From an uncultured Oscillospiraceae bacterium (lineage in GTDB: Bacteria > Bacillota > Clostridia > Saccharofermentanales > UBA5734): a DNA stretch of 54,128 bases. Location: contig CAZOHH010000003.1 in assembly GCA_964579735.1 (NCBI GenBank), positions 20,759-74,886 on the forward strand, given 5' to 3'. Below the pieces are notes generated by a model. It was not told where the DNA came from and did not search any database. It saw only the letters and a list, made by a program, of their open reading frames with translations. Positions 19,771-28,151 of this stretch are shown here, piece after piece; positions within the stretch are counted from its first letter, which is position 1; each line of letters opens with the position of its first letter. A program made the position numbers and the translations under genes.

Positions 19771-20619
19771 ATGCGCGGTCTTTTCAGGAATCGATTGGTG
19801 CTGCTCCTGTTGGCGACGATGGCGCTTCTATCGCTCGTTCTCTTCACTTCGATTCCCGGAAGCCCACTGTACCAGGTGACGTCTCCGGTCTCGTTGCTCC
19901 TGCAGCCCGTCCAGAAAGCGTTCCAGGCATCCTGGGGAGCGGTGTCCGGGTTCTCCCAGTCGGTCTTCGAGGCGGAAGCCATCCGAAGGAAGAACGAAGC
20001 TCTCCTGCAGGAGATCGCGAGGCTCCAGAACCAAGTGCAGCAGCTCCAGGAGAGCGGTCGGCGATGGGAAGACCTGAAGTCCGCTTTCCAGATCAAGGAA
20101 ACCTTCTCCGACTATGAAATCGTTGGATGCCAGGTCATGACCCGGTCGGCCGCATCCTGGTTCGATCTCTTCCGTGTCGATGTCGGTGACCGGGATGGGA
20201 TTTCCGTGACCGAAACGAACTCGTATCCTGTCGTCGACCCTGCGATGCATCTCGTCGGCAGGGTCTATTCCTCCGATCTGGTCAGTGCGAAGATCCTGCC
20301 GGTCGTCCATCAGGGCAGCGTCGTCGACGGTCGGATTCAAAGACCCGGCGGATATCCAGTCCGGGTTCGCGGCGATATCCTCCTTCGGGATGAAGGACTC
20401 TGCTTCGTGGACCGGATTTCAGACGAGGCGATTCTTGAAGTGGGTGATGTGGTGATGACTTCTGGGGAAGGCGGGCTATATCCTGCAGGCATTCCCATCG
20501 GAACCATCGCTTCGATTTCGTATGGGCAGAACGATGCAGAACGGACGGCGACGCTCAAGCCCTTCGTCGATTTCGATACGATCACCTACCTCTTCATCAT
20601 GAAGGAGAAGGCGTCCTGA
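19771..20619 (+). CDS. mreC: Rod shape-determining protein MreC
   Basis: N-terminal TM segment, coiled coil ENEALLQEIARLQNQVQQLQE, C-terminal beta domains (VMTSGEGGLYPAGIPIGTI). SD gggaga lies 4 nt upstream. Confidence 0.85.
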   Translation: MRGLFRNRLVLLLLATMALLSLVLFTSIPGSPLYQVTSPVSLLLQPVQKAFQASWGAVSGFSQSVFEAEAIRRKNEALLQEIARLQNQVQQLQESGRRWEDLKSAFQIKETFSDYEIVGCQVMTRSAASWFDLFRVDVGDRDGISVTETNSYPVVDPAMHLVGRVYSSDLVSAKILPVVHQGSVVDGRIQRPGGYPVRVRGDILLRDEGLCFVDRISDEAILEVGDVVMTSGEGGLYPAGIPIGTIASISYGQNDAERTATLKPFVDFDTITYLFIMKEKAS

Positions 20620-21197
20620 TGCAGCTTCCTCAGCGCACACGATCGATCCTGTTCTACTTCTTCGCGACCCTCGTCCTCGCGCTGATCCAGGTCACCCTTC
20701 CCGATCGTACGCTCGGGTTCCATGGAAAACCCGACTTCATGCTGGTCCTCGTGGTGCTTTCCGGATTCTTCTATGGCCCTTTTGAAGGGGCGTTGGTCGG
20801 AATCGGTTCGGGATTCCTCCGGGACTCCTTCGCAGGGAGCACGATCGGCGCCGGCATGCTGCTCTTCATGTATATAGGCATCTTCTCCGGTCTTCTTTTC
20901 CGGAAACAGTTCCGAAAAGGCTGGCTCGCCGGCCTCCTGCAGGTGATTCTATTCTCGACCTTCACCTATGTCCTCGTCGACGGCATCGAGATACTCCTGC
21001 AGACGCAAGTCGGATCCTTCACGTTCGTCGATTGGACGCAGGAATTCTTCATGACGAAGTTGCCCGTTCTCCTGGCTTTCAACGTCGCCGCTTCGTTTCC
21101 CCTCCTTCTTCTCCTTCGCTTCGCGGGTCCACGTCGACGCGGGGTTCCCCAATTGGGTGCGGATGATGTCGCCAAGGACCTGTGGCAAAGCCCATGA
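20619..21197 (+). CDS. mreD: Rod shape-determining protein MreD
   Basis: 192-aa polytopic membrane protein directly after mreC (TGATG overlap). Called on position and hydrophobicity pattern. Confidence 0.72.
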   Translation: MQLPQRTRSILFYFFATLVLALIQVTLPDRTLGFHGKPDFMLVLVVLSGFFYGPFEGALVGIGSGFLRDSFAGSTIGAGMLLFMYIGIFSGLLFRKQFRKGWLAGLLQVILFSTFTYVLVDGIEILLQTQVGSFTFVDWTQEFFMTKLPVLLAFNVAASFPLLLLLRFAGPRRRGVPQLGADDVAKDLWQSP

Positions 21198-23386
21198 AGA
21201 AGCGAGAGAGCTCCCATGCTCGCCCTGCGGGGAATTCCCCTTCACGATTCACGACGGCTCTGACCTGGGGAAAAGGGATCATCCACAACCGATTCGCTTT
21301 GCTATCCATCGTCTTCGGACTCTGCGGAGCGACGATTCTCGTCACGACGGCCTCGTTGCAGCTGACACCGGCCGCGGGCTCGCAGATCGCGGGCACGACC
21401 GGCGTCACGCGCCAACGCGTGATCAGCGCGACCCGTGGCGATATCTTCGACCGGTACGGCACGCCGCTCGCAGTCAGCAAGTCCATACGGATTCTATCCA
21501 TCGCTTCGGCTGGCCTCGACAACAAGACGCTCAACGCGATGCTTCTGGATCTCGCCAAGACGCTCGAAGAGAATGGGGAAACCTTTGATGACAGTCTGTC
21601 CGAGCATTTTGCGGTTTCACCGCTCCGTTTCGTCGGCACGGAGGAGGAAACGGTCGCATGGCAGTCCGGCAAGGCACTGTTCAATCTGAAGGCCGCTCCA
21701 CAAAAGGTCGTCGTGTCCTATTACGACAATACCTACATCAAGACCGACCCCTATGTCTTCTACCGGTATCTTCGCGAGACCCTCTTCGGCATCGACCCTT
21801 CGTACAGTGAACTCGATGCATTCCGAATCCTGCGCCTTAGATATCGCATATACCGCGATTCATGGGCGTTCCGCCAGGGTACGCCCATCCCCGTCGCAAG
21901 CGATGTCCAGGCATCGACCGTCCGATACCTGGAAGAACAGAACTATCGGTTCCAAGGGGTGCTTTCGTCTACCGAATCCCACCGCGTCTATCTTCCGGAC
22001 GCCATTCTCGCAAGCCACGTCATCGGATACGTCAGGCGCATCTCCGCGCGGCAGCTGGAGGATCTGGACGTACTTGGCTACTCTCCTTCGGAAATCATCG
22101 GACAGACCGGCGTGGAGTCCTATGCAGAACGGTATCTCCATGGACAGGACGGGGTCGTGCCCTATAACGTCTGGTCGAATCTGGGAGCCGACGGCATATT
22201 CTTCACCGAGTCGGCCGGCCGAGCCGCGGTCTCCGGTTTCGACGTCCGACTCACCCTCGACATGAAACTCCAGAAGATCGCCATCGAATCCCTGGTGCGG
22301 AACATCGAATACATCAAGCAGAAACAGGACGACAAGAGCAAGAACGATGCCGATTCCGGCGCCGTGGTCATGATGGACGTCCAGACCGGCGAGATTCTGG
22401 CCATGGCAAGCTACCCTTACTACGATCCGAACGACTTCGTGCTCGCTGCGTCCGATAGTGCGGCTGCGAAGCGCATCGCCGCATACCTTGCGGACAACAA
22501 GAACAAGCCCATGCTCAACCGGGCCATCATGGAGAACTACGCGCCCGGTTCCACATTCAAGCCGTTGACAGCCACCGCCGCGCTCGAATCGGGCACCATC
22601 ACCCCGAATACCATCGTTCACGACCCAGGGGCCATCGACATCGGGGGCTGGAAGTTCAAGTGTCTGGAATACCCTGTCCGTGGTCACGGCGATCTTTCCC
22701 TGACCCGAGGCATGGCGACTTCCTGCAACATCTTCTTCCAGCTCATCGGGACCCGTGCCGGAATCGACAACATCAACCACTGGGGCTACCTCTTCGGACT
22801 CGGTGAATACACCGGGATCGACCTTCCTGGAGAAGTCCGCGGCATCCGTGCGAGCAAGGAGATGAAGAAGCGCCTTCGCATGAATCCGGAGGACCAGGTC
22901 TGGTTTCCTGCCGACACCGCCCAGACCTCCATCGGACAGTTCGACAACAGCTTCACGGTCCTGCAGCTCTGCCGGTACACCGCCGCCTTGGCGAATGGTG
23001 GATATCTCGTGACGCCGCATGTGGTGAAGGACATCATCCGCCCGGACGGGTCCCTGGTTCGAGCCGAATCCCTGGACACCACGAAGATCCCCGTTCAGGA
23101 TGCGACCCTTCGCGCCATCCGCGAGGCCATGATAGCTACCGTGACGGATCCACAGGGTACCGCACGCAAGGCGTTCAAGGACTTCCCGATATCCGTCGCC
23201 TGCAAGACCGGAACCGCTGAAACGGGCCTGGAGGATCGCGCGTCCTCGAACGCCCTCTTCATCTGCTATGCTCCTGCAGACAATCCTCAGGTCGCCATCG
23301 CCCAGATCGTCGAGAAGGGCGTCTGGGGCTCGAACACGGCCGGCATCGCACGAGACCTCCTGTCGGCCTATTTCGGGCTCGATTGA
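21194..23386 (+). CDS. mrdA: Penicillin-binding protein 2 (elongasome transpeptidase)
   Basis: ATG 21194 overlaps the mreD stop (ATGA). An alternative GTG lies at 21182. Transpeptidase motifs STFK (PGSTFKP), SCN and KTGT (ACKTGTAE). Confidence 0.9.
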   Translation: MKKRESSHARPAGNSPSRFTTALTWGKGIIHNRFALLSIVFGLCGATILVTTASLQLTPAAGSQIAGTTGVTRQRVISATRGDIFDRYGTPLAVSKSIRILSIASAGLDNKTLNAMLLDLAKTLEENGETFDDSLSEHFAVSPLRFVGTEEETVAWQSGKALFNLKAAPQKVVVSYYDNTYIKTDPYVFYRYLRETLFGIDPSYSELDAFRILRLRYRIYRDSWAFRQGTPIPVASDVQASTVRYLEEQNYRFQGVLSSTESHRVYLPDAILASHVIGYVRRISARQLEDLDVLGYSPSEIIGQTGVESYAERYLHGQDGVVPYNVWSNLGADGIFFTESAGRAAVSGFDVRLTLDMKLQKIAIESLVRNIEYIKQKQDDKSKNDADSGAVVMMDVQTGEILAMASYPYYDPNDFVLAASDSAAAKRIAAYLADNKNKPMLNRAIMENYAPGSTFKPLTATAALESGTITPNTIVHDPGAIDIGGWKFKCLEYPVRGHGDLSLTRGMATSCNIFFQLIGTRAGIDNINHWGYLFGLGEYTGIDLPGEVRGIRASKEMKKRLRMNPEDQVWFPADTAQTSIGQFDNSFTVLQLCRYTAALANGGYLVTPHVVKDIIRPDGSLVRAESLDTTKIPVQDATLRAIREAMIATVTDPQGTARKAFKDFPISVACKTGTAETGLEDRASSNALFICYAPADNPQVAIAQIVEKGVWGSNTAGIARDLLSAYFGLD

Positions 23387-23487
23387 GCTCGTCCGATTCC
23401 AGCTGCACGCATACAATGCGTCGCACTTGTAATGCGGAGGCCGTGCCGTTATCATGAAATGGAATCTAGAATGACGGGAGGGCATAG

Positions 23488-23877
23488 GTGAAGATCGTAT
23501 TGCTTGCCGACCACCGGAAGAACGAGTTGCTCGTGAACTTCTGCATCGCCTATTGCCGGATCCTCGAGAAGCATGAGCTCGTTTCGGTCTCCAACACCGC
23601 TCGTCTCGTGAAAAGCGCTTCGAATCTAGAGGTCATCGGTATCTCCGCGGACAATTCGGGAGGACTCGAACCCTTGGCTTCCCGTGCGATCTTCAACGAG
23701 ATCGATGCCGTCATATACCTTCGCGACCCGATGCTCGACGAATACGACCTTCCCAACCCGCTGACCCGCGCCTGCGACGTGAACAGCATTCCCTACGCGA
23801 CGAACCTCGCGACAGCCGAGGTGCTCGTTCTCGCCATAGACCGCGGAGACCTTGACTGGCGCAAGCTGATCCGTTGA
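23488..23877 (+). CDS. Methylglyoxal synthase-like (MGS fold) protein with non-canonical active-site residues
   Basis: GTG start. 129 aa, colinear with MgsA (KIVLLADHRKNELL..., ...IDAVIYLRDP..., IPYATNLATAEVLV), but the TGTTG, GGDQQ and PHxPD motifs read VSNTA, GGLEP and YDLPN. Confidence 0.7.
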   Translation: MKIVLLADHRKNELLVNFCIAYCRILEKHELVSVSNTARLVKSASNLEVIGISADNSGGLEPLASRAIFNEIDAVIYLRDPMLDEYDLPNPLTRACDVNSIPYATNLATAEVLVLAIDRGDLDWRKLIR

Positions 23878-23915
23878 CCTTCTGCTGCGATTCCCACTTT
23901 CCGTCGAACTACACA

Positions 23916-23945
23916 ACCCGACCTCCTGCCGAGGCCGGGTTTTTG
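23916..23945 (+). terminator. Intrinsic terminator after the MGS-like gene
   Basis: Stem acccgacctc / gaggccgggt (one A.C mismatch), loop ctgcc, followed by TTTTT. Confidence 0.6.
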
Positions 23946-23947
23946 AT

Positions 23948-23976
23948 TTGACGAATCGCCGAGCACCGCATAGAAT
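23948..23976 (+). promoter_or_regulatory. Sigma-70-type promoter for nfnAB
   Basis: TTGACG (23948-23953), 17-nt spacer, TAGAAT (23971-23976). Confidence 0.5.
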
Positions 23977-24029
23977 CCATTTGAATGCCTAGCGAAGCCA
24001 CTTTGAAGCCCCAAGGACGGAGGCCCCCC

Positions 24030-24875
24030 ATGTACCGGATCATCGAGAAGAAGTCCCTCAATCCACAGGTCAAGCTCATGGTCGTCGAAGCGCCCGTGGT
24101 AGCGAAGAAGGCCAAGCCAGGCCAGTTCATCATCCTTCGCGTCAGTGACGAAGGCGAACGCATTCCATTGACCATAGCCGGGTACGACCGCGACGCCGGA
24201 ACCATCACGATCGTGTTCCAGGAGGTCGGGAAGACGACCCGTGCCCTCGGTCAACTCGAGGTGGGGGAAGGTATCCTGGACTTCGTCGGCCCGCTCGGCA
24301 TCCCTTCCCATGTCGACGGCATCAAGAAGGCCTGCGTCATCGGTGGGGGGCTCGGCACCGCGATCGCCTGGCCGCAGGCCAAGCACCTGCATGAAGCGGG
24401 CGCCGAAGTCCATATGATCTGCGGCTTCCGCAACAAGGACCTGATCATCCTCGAGGACGAGATCCGTGCCTCCAGCGATCGAGCCGTCATCACGACCGAC
24501 GATGGTTCGAACGGCGTCAAGGGCTTCGTCACCGACCAATTGAAGGCTCTGATCGCCGAGGGAAACCAGTACGACGTCGTCATCGCCATCGGACCGCTCG
24601 TCATGATGAAGTTCGTCTCGCAGTTGACCAAACCCCTCGGCATCAAGACCATCGTCAGCCTGAACCCCGTCATGATCGATGGAACGGGCATGTGCGGCGG
24701 ATGCCGCGTCACCGTCGGTGGCAAGACGAAGTTCGCCTGCGTGGACGGTCCTGATTTCGACGGTCACGAAGTGGATTTCGACGAAGCCATCCGTCGTTCC
24801 TCCATGTACAAGGACGAAGAGAAGAAATCGGACGACCTGCACGCCTGCCGCATGGGGGGACTCGCCAATGGCTGA
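24030..24875 (+). CDS. nfnA: NADH-dependent reduced ferredoxin:NADP+ oxidoreductase subunit A (sulfide dehydrogenase-like FAD/[2Fe-2S] protein)
   Basis: ATG 24030 after aaggacggagg. MYRIIEKK.LNPQVKLMVVEAP..AKKAKPGQFIILR, C-terminal Cys cluster GTGMCGGCRV...FACVDGP. Confidence 0.85.
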   Translation: MYRIIEKKSLNPQVKLMVVEAPVVAKKAKPGQFIILRVSDEGERIPLTIAGYDRDAGTITIVFQEVGKTTRALGQLEVGEGILDFVGPLGIPSHVDGIKKACVIGGGLGTAIAWPQAKHLHEAGAEVHMICGFRNKDLIILEDEIRASSDRAVITTDDGSNGVKGFVTDQLKALIAEGNQYDVVIAIGPLVMMKFVSQLTKPLGIKTIVSLNPVMIDGTGMCGGCRVTVGGKTKFACVDGPDFDGHEVDFDEAIRRSSMYKDEEKKSDDLHACRMGGLANG

Positions 24876-26268
24876 CATGAGCCTTACGAAGTATCCGATT
24901 CCCGAGCAGGACCCGGATATCCGCAACAAGAACTTCGCCGAAGTCTCCCTCGGCTATACGGAAGCCCTTGCGAAGAAGGAAGCCGCCCGCTGTCTTCAGT
25001 GCAAGCACAAACCCTGCATCGCGGGCTGCCCCGTCCAGGTCGACATCCCAGGCTTCATCCTGAAGATCGCCCAGGGAGACCACGAAGGAGCCTATGCGAT
25101 CCTGAAGGACACGAATACGCTGCCGGCCGTCTGCGGTCGCGTTTGCCCGCAGGAGACCCAGTGCGAGGAGAAGTGCGTTCGCGCGATCAAAGGAGAATCC
25201 GTCGGGATCGGCCGACTCGAGCGCTTTGCCGCCGATCGGCACATGGAGAAGGTCTGCGAGGCTCCGATTCCACCTGTGCGGAACGGCAAGAAGGTCGCCG
25301 TCGTCGGGTCCGGACCAGCTGGTCTGACCTGCGCCGGGGACCTCGCCATGCTCGGATACGAGGTGACGGTCTTCGAGGCGTTCCACGTGCCGGGCGGAGT
25401 GCTGATGTACGGCATCCCCGAGTTCCGACTCCCCAAGTCGATCGTCCAGAAGGAAATCGACGATCTCCGCAAGATCGGGGTCAGCATCCTCACGAACCGT
25501 GTCATCGGACGTGCGGAAACCGTCGACGAACTGCTCGACGAAGAAGGGTTCAGCGCCGTCTTCATCGGCACCGGAGCCGGACTCCCTTCCTTCATGAACA
25601 TCCCGGGAGAGAACCTGAACAGCGTCTATACCGCCAACGAGTTCCTGACCAGGATCAATCTCATGAAGGCCTATAAATGGCCGGAATGCGATACTCCCGT
25701 TCGAATCGGAAAGCGCGTGGCCGTCATAGGAGGCGGAAACGTCGCCATGGACGCCGCCCGCTCCGCGAAGCGTCTCGGCGCGGAACAGGTCTGCATCGTC
25801 TATCGCCGCTCGGAGCAGGAGATGCCCGCACGCCTCGAGGAAGTCCATCATGCCAAGGAGGAGGGTATCCAGCTCGTCACGCTGACGAACCCCACCGCCA
25901 TCCTGGACGACGGCAAGGGCTGGGTCCGCGGAATGACCGTCGTGGACATGGAACTCGGCGAAGTCGATGCCAAGGGCCGTCGCTCCACCCACACGATCGA
26001 GGGCTCGGAACATGAGCTGCCGTTCGAGACCGTCGTCATCGCCATCGGGCAGAGTCCGAACCCCTTGATCAGACAGACGACTCCGGGCCTCTCGACCCAG
26101 CGCTGGGGCGGCATCATCGTCGACGAGAGCACCGGGGAGTCCAGCAAGCCCCGCGTCTATGCAGGCGGCGATGCCGTCACGGGTGCCGCGACCGTCATCC
26201 TCGCCATGGGCGCAGGCAAGATCGCTGCGAAGGCCATCGACGAGATGATCCGCGCAAAGCAGGACTGA
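24868..26268 (+). CDS. nfnB: NfnB / glutamate synthase small-chain-like NADPH oxidoreductase
   Basis: 8-nt overlap with nfnA. RCLQCK.KPCIAGCPV, CGRVCPQETQCEEKC, dinucleotide folds VAVVGSGPAGL and VAVIGGGNVAMD, then VYAGGD. Confidence 0.88.
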   Translation: MADMSLTKYPIPEQDPDIRNKNFAEVSLGYTEALAKKEAARCLQCKHKPCIAGCPVQVDIPGFILKIAQGDHEGAYAILKDTNTLPAVCGRVCPQETQCEEKCVRAIKGESVGIGRLERFAADRHMEKVCEAPIPPVRNGKKVAVVGSGPAGLTCAGDLAMLGYEVTVFEAFHVPGGVLMYGIPEFRLPKSIVQKEIDDLRKIGVSILTNRVIGRAETVDELLDEEGFSAVFIGTGAGLPSFMNIPGENLNSVYTANEFLTRINLMKAYKWPECDTPVRIGKRVAVIGGGNVAMDAARSAKRLGAEQVCIVYRRSEQEMPARLEEVHHAKEEGIQLVTLTNPTAILDDGKGWVRGMTVVDMELGEVDAKGRRSTHTIEGSEHELPFETVVIAIGQSPNPLIRQTTPGLSTQRWGGIIVDESTGESSKPRVYAGGDAVTGAATVILAMGAGKIAAKAIDEMIRAKQD

Positions 26269-26272
26269 CGGC

Positions 26273-26719
26273 ATGCGTGCGCTCGTCCAGCGCGTAACGC
26301 GCGCATCGGTGCGCGTGGAAGGGGAGACGGTAGGCGAGACCGGCCCCGGACTTCTCGTCCTGGTCGCCGTGTCCGTGGACGACGGGCTGGATGAAGTCGG
26401 CGGAATGGCCGCGAAGATCCTGCACCTGCGGATCTTCACGGACGAAAATGGAAAGATGAACCGTTCGATCGAGGACGTCCGGGGAGGAATCCTCCTGATA
26501 TCGCAGTTCACGCTCTACGGCGACGTTCGAAAGGGGAACAGACCCGGTTTCGAGCTTTCGGCTCCGCCTGGACAGGCCCGACCTCTCTACGAGTCGCTCG
26601 CTTCGGCTCTCGCCGCAACAGGACTGTCCGTGCAGACAGGACGTTTCGCAGCCCACATGGAGGTCGAGCTGGTCAATGATGGCCCGGTGACCCTCCAGAT
26701 CGACATGCCGCCGGTCTGA
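26273..26719 (+). CDS. dtd: D-aminoacyl-tRNA deacylase
   Basis: MRALVQRV..ASV, ISQFTLYGD.RKGNRP.F, NDGPVT. Confidence 0.93.
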   Translation: MRALVQRVTRASVRVEGETVGETGPGLLVLVAVSVDDGLDEVGGMAAKILHLRIFTDENGKMNRSIEDVRGGILLISQFTLYGDVRKGNRPGFELSAPPGQARPLYESLASALAATGLSVQTGRFAAHMEVELVNDGPVTLQIDMPPV

Positions 26720-26746
26720 TGCGACACATGCCTGCCGCATCGCACT

Positions 26747-26774
26747 TTACAGGCGACGACACCGGTGCTACGAT
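26747..26774 (+). promoter_or_regulatory. Candidate promoter of the pheST T-box leader
   Basis: TTACAG (26747-26752), 16-nt spacer, TACGAT (26769-26774). A weak match. Confidence 0.35.
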
Positions 26775-26784
26775 AGCCCATACA

Positions 26785-27056
26785 ACGTGATGAAGGAGAG
26801 AGTAGGCGTCTTCGTCCGCATCCGCCAGAGAGGGCCGGTCGTTGGCTGGAAACCGCCCGGGATGCAACCGCCGAAGTTCACTCCGGAACGGCGCGCTGAA
26901 AGGGAGACCCGTGAGGGGCTCTCCGCGTAGGTGGCGACGGCAGGCCCCGTTACAGGCCGATCGAGTGCCGTTCCCGTTCAAGGGGACGGAATCCGGGTGG
27001 TACCGCGCAAGGCTGAAAGGTCTTCCGTCCCGAGCAGGGACAGGAAGGCCTTTTTC
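26785..27056 (+). promoter_or_regulatory. T-box riboswitch leader, Phe specifier (UUC), with terminator
   Basis: Stem I elements (aggagagagtagg, ggctggaaacc). Specifier context gaagTTCac. Canonical T-box sequence AATCCGGGTGGTACCGCG at 26990-27007. Terminator stem ggtcttccgtccc/gggacaggaaggcc plus TTTTT (27019-27056), 20 nt before pheS. Confidence 0.85.
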
Positions 27057-27076
27057 TATTCTTCGGAGGTGACGGG

Positions 27077-28108
27077 ATGGATGACATGAGAAACTCGCTT
27101 CAGCGGATCCAGGACCAGTTCGAACGTGAAGCGGATACCGCGTCGACGTCGCAGGAACTCGAGAACCTGCGGGTCAAGTACCTGGGCAAGAAAGGCGAGA
27201 TGACCTCGGTTCTCCGTGTCATGGGCCAACTTCCTCCGGAGGAGCGGCCGGCGGCAGGACAGGCCGCAAACGAGACCCGCGCAGCGATCGAAGCCGTCCT
27301 CGAAAAGCGGTCGTCGCTCGTGGCCGCGCAGGAGAGGACACGTCGATTGGTCGACGAGCGGATCGATATCACGCTCCCCGGCATACGGCGCTCCATGGGT
27401 GCACGGCATCCGCTCACGAAGGCCATCGACGAGATCTGCGGCATCTTCATGGGCCTCGGATATTCGATCGCCGAGGGGCCTGAAGTGGAGCTCGACCGAT
27501 ACAACTTCGAGATGCTGAACACCCCGGCGGGTCACCCCGCTCGCGATACCCAGGACACTTTCTATATCACCGACACCATCCTGCTGCGCACCCAGACGTC
27601 CCCGGTGCAGGTGAGGGTCATGGAGAGCACGAAGCCGCCGATCCGCATCGTCTGCCCCGGCCGCGTGTATCGCTCGGACACGATCGATGCCACGCACTCC
27701 GCCTGCTTCCACCAGATCGAAGGGCTCGCCGTCGACAAGGGCATCACGATGGGCGACCTCGTGGGCTCCCTGCAGACCTATGCACGCAAGCTCTTCGGCG
27801 AGGAGACGAAGATCCGACTGCGCCCGCATCACTTTCCCTTCACCGAACCCAGCGCCGAAGTCGACGTGACCTGCTGGGCGTGCGGTGGGAAGGGATGTCG
27901 TACCTGCAAGGGCGAAGGCTGGGTCGAGGTGCTCGGTGCCGGGATGGTCCATCCCAAGGTCCTCTCCGGCTGCGGCATCGACCCGGAGATCTACAGCGGC
28001 TTCGCGTTCGGGATTGGCGTGGAGCGCACGGCCATGGCCCGTTTCGGCATCGACGACCTTCGGGCCATGTACGAGAACGACATGCGCTTCCTCGCCCAGT
28101 TCAAGTAG
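27077..28108 (+). CDS. pheS: Phenylalanine--tRNA ligase alpha subunit
   Basis: 343 aa. HPARDTQDTFY, LRTQTSPVQVR, FHQIEG, FPFTEPSAEVD, GAGMVHP. Confidence 0.97.
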   Translation: MDDMRNSLQRIQDQFEREADTASTSQELENLRVKYLGKKGEMTSVLRVMGQLPPEERPAAGQAANETRAAIEAVLEKRSSLVAAQERTRRLVDERIDITLPGIRRSMGARHPLTKAIDEICGIFMGLGYSIAEGPEVELDRYNFEMLNTPAGHPARDTQDTFYITDTILLRTQTSPVQVRVMESTKPPIRIVCPGRVYRSDTIDATHSACFHQIEGLAVDKGITMGDLVGSLQTYARKLFGEETKIRLRPHHFPFTEPSAEVDVTCWACGGKGCRTCKGEGWVEVLGAGMVHPKVLSGCGIDPEIYSGFAFGIGVERTAMARFGIDDLRAMYENDMRFLAQFK

Positions 28109-28151
28109 GCGACCAGCGGTTCCTGCCTTTTGGCGGAGAAGGAGAACGGAA

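Noticed and set aside
21860-23485. 541-aa ORF on the minus strand
   Set aside because: It is antisense to PBP2 (STFK, SCN and KTGT motifs on the + strand). Shadow ORF.
24709-26511. 600-aa ORF on the minus strand
   Set aside because: It is antisense to nfnB and dtd. It would have to span two well-supported genes. Low-complexity Arg/Asp/Gly composition.
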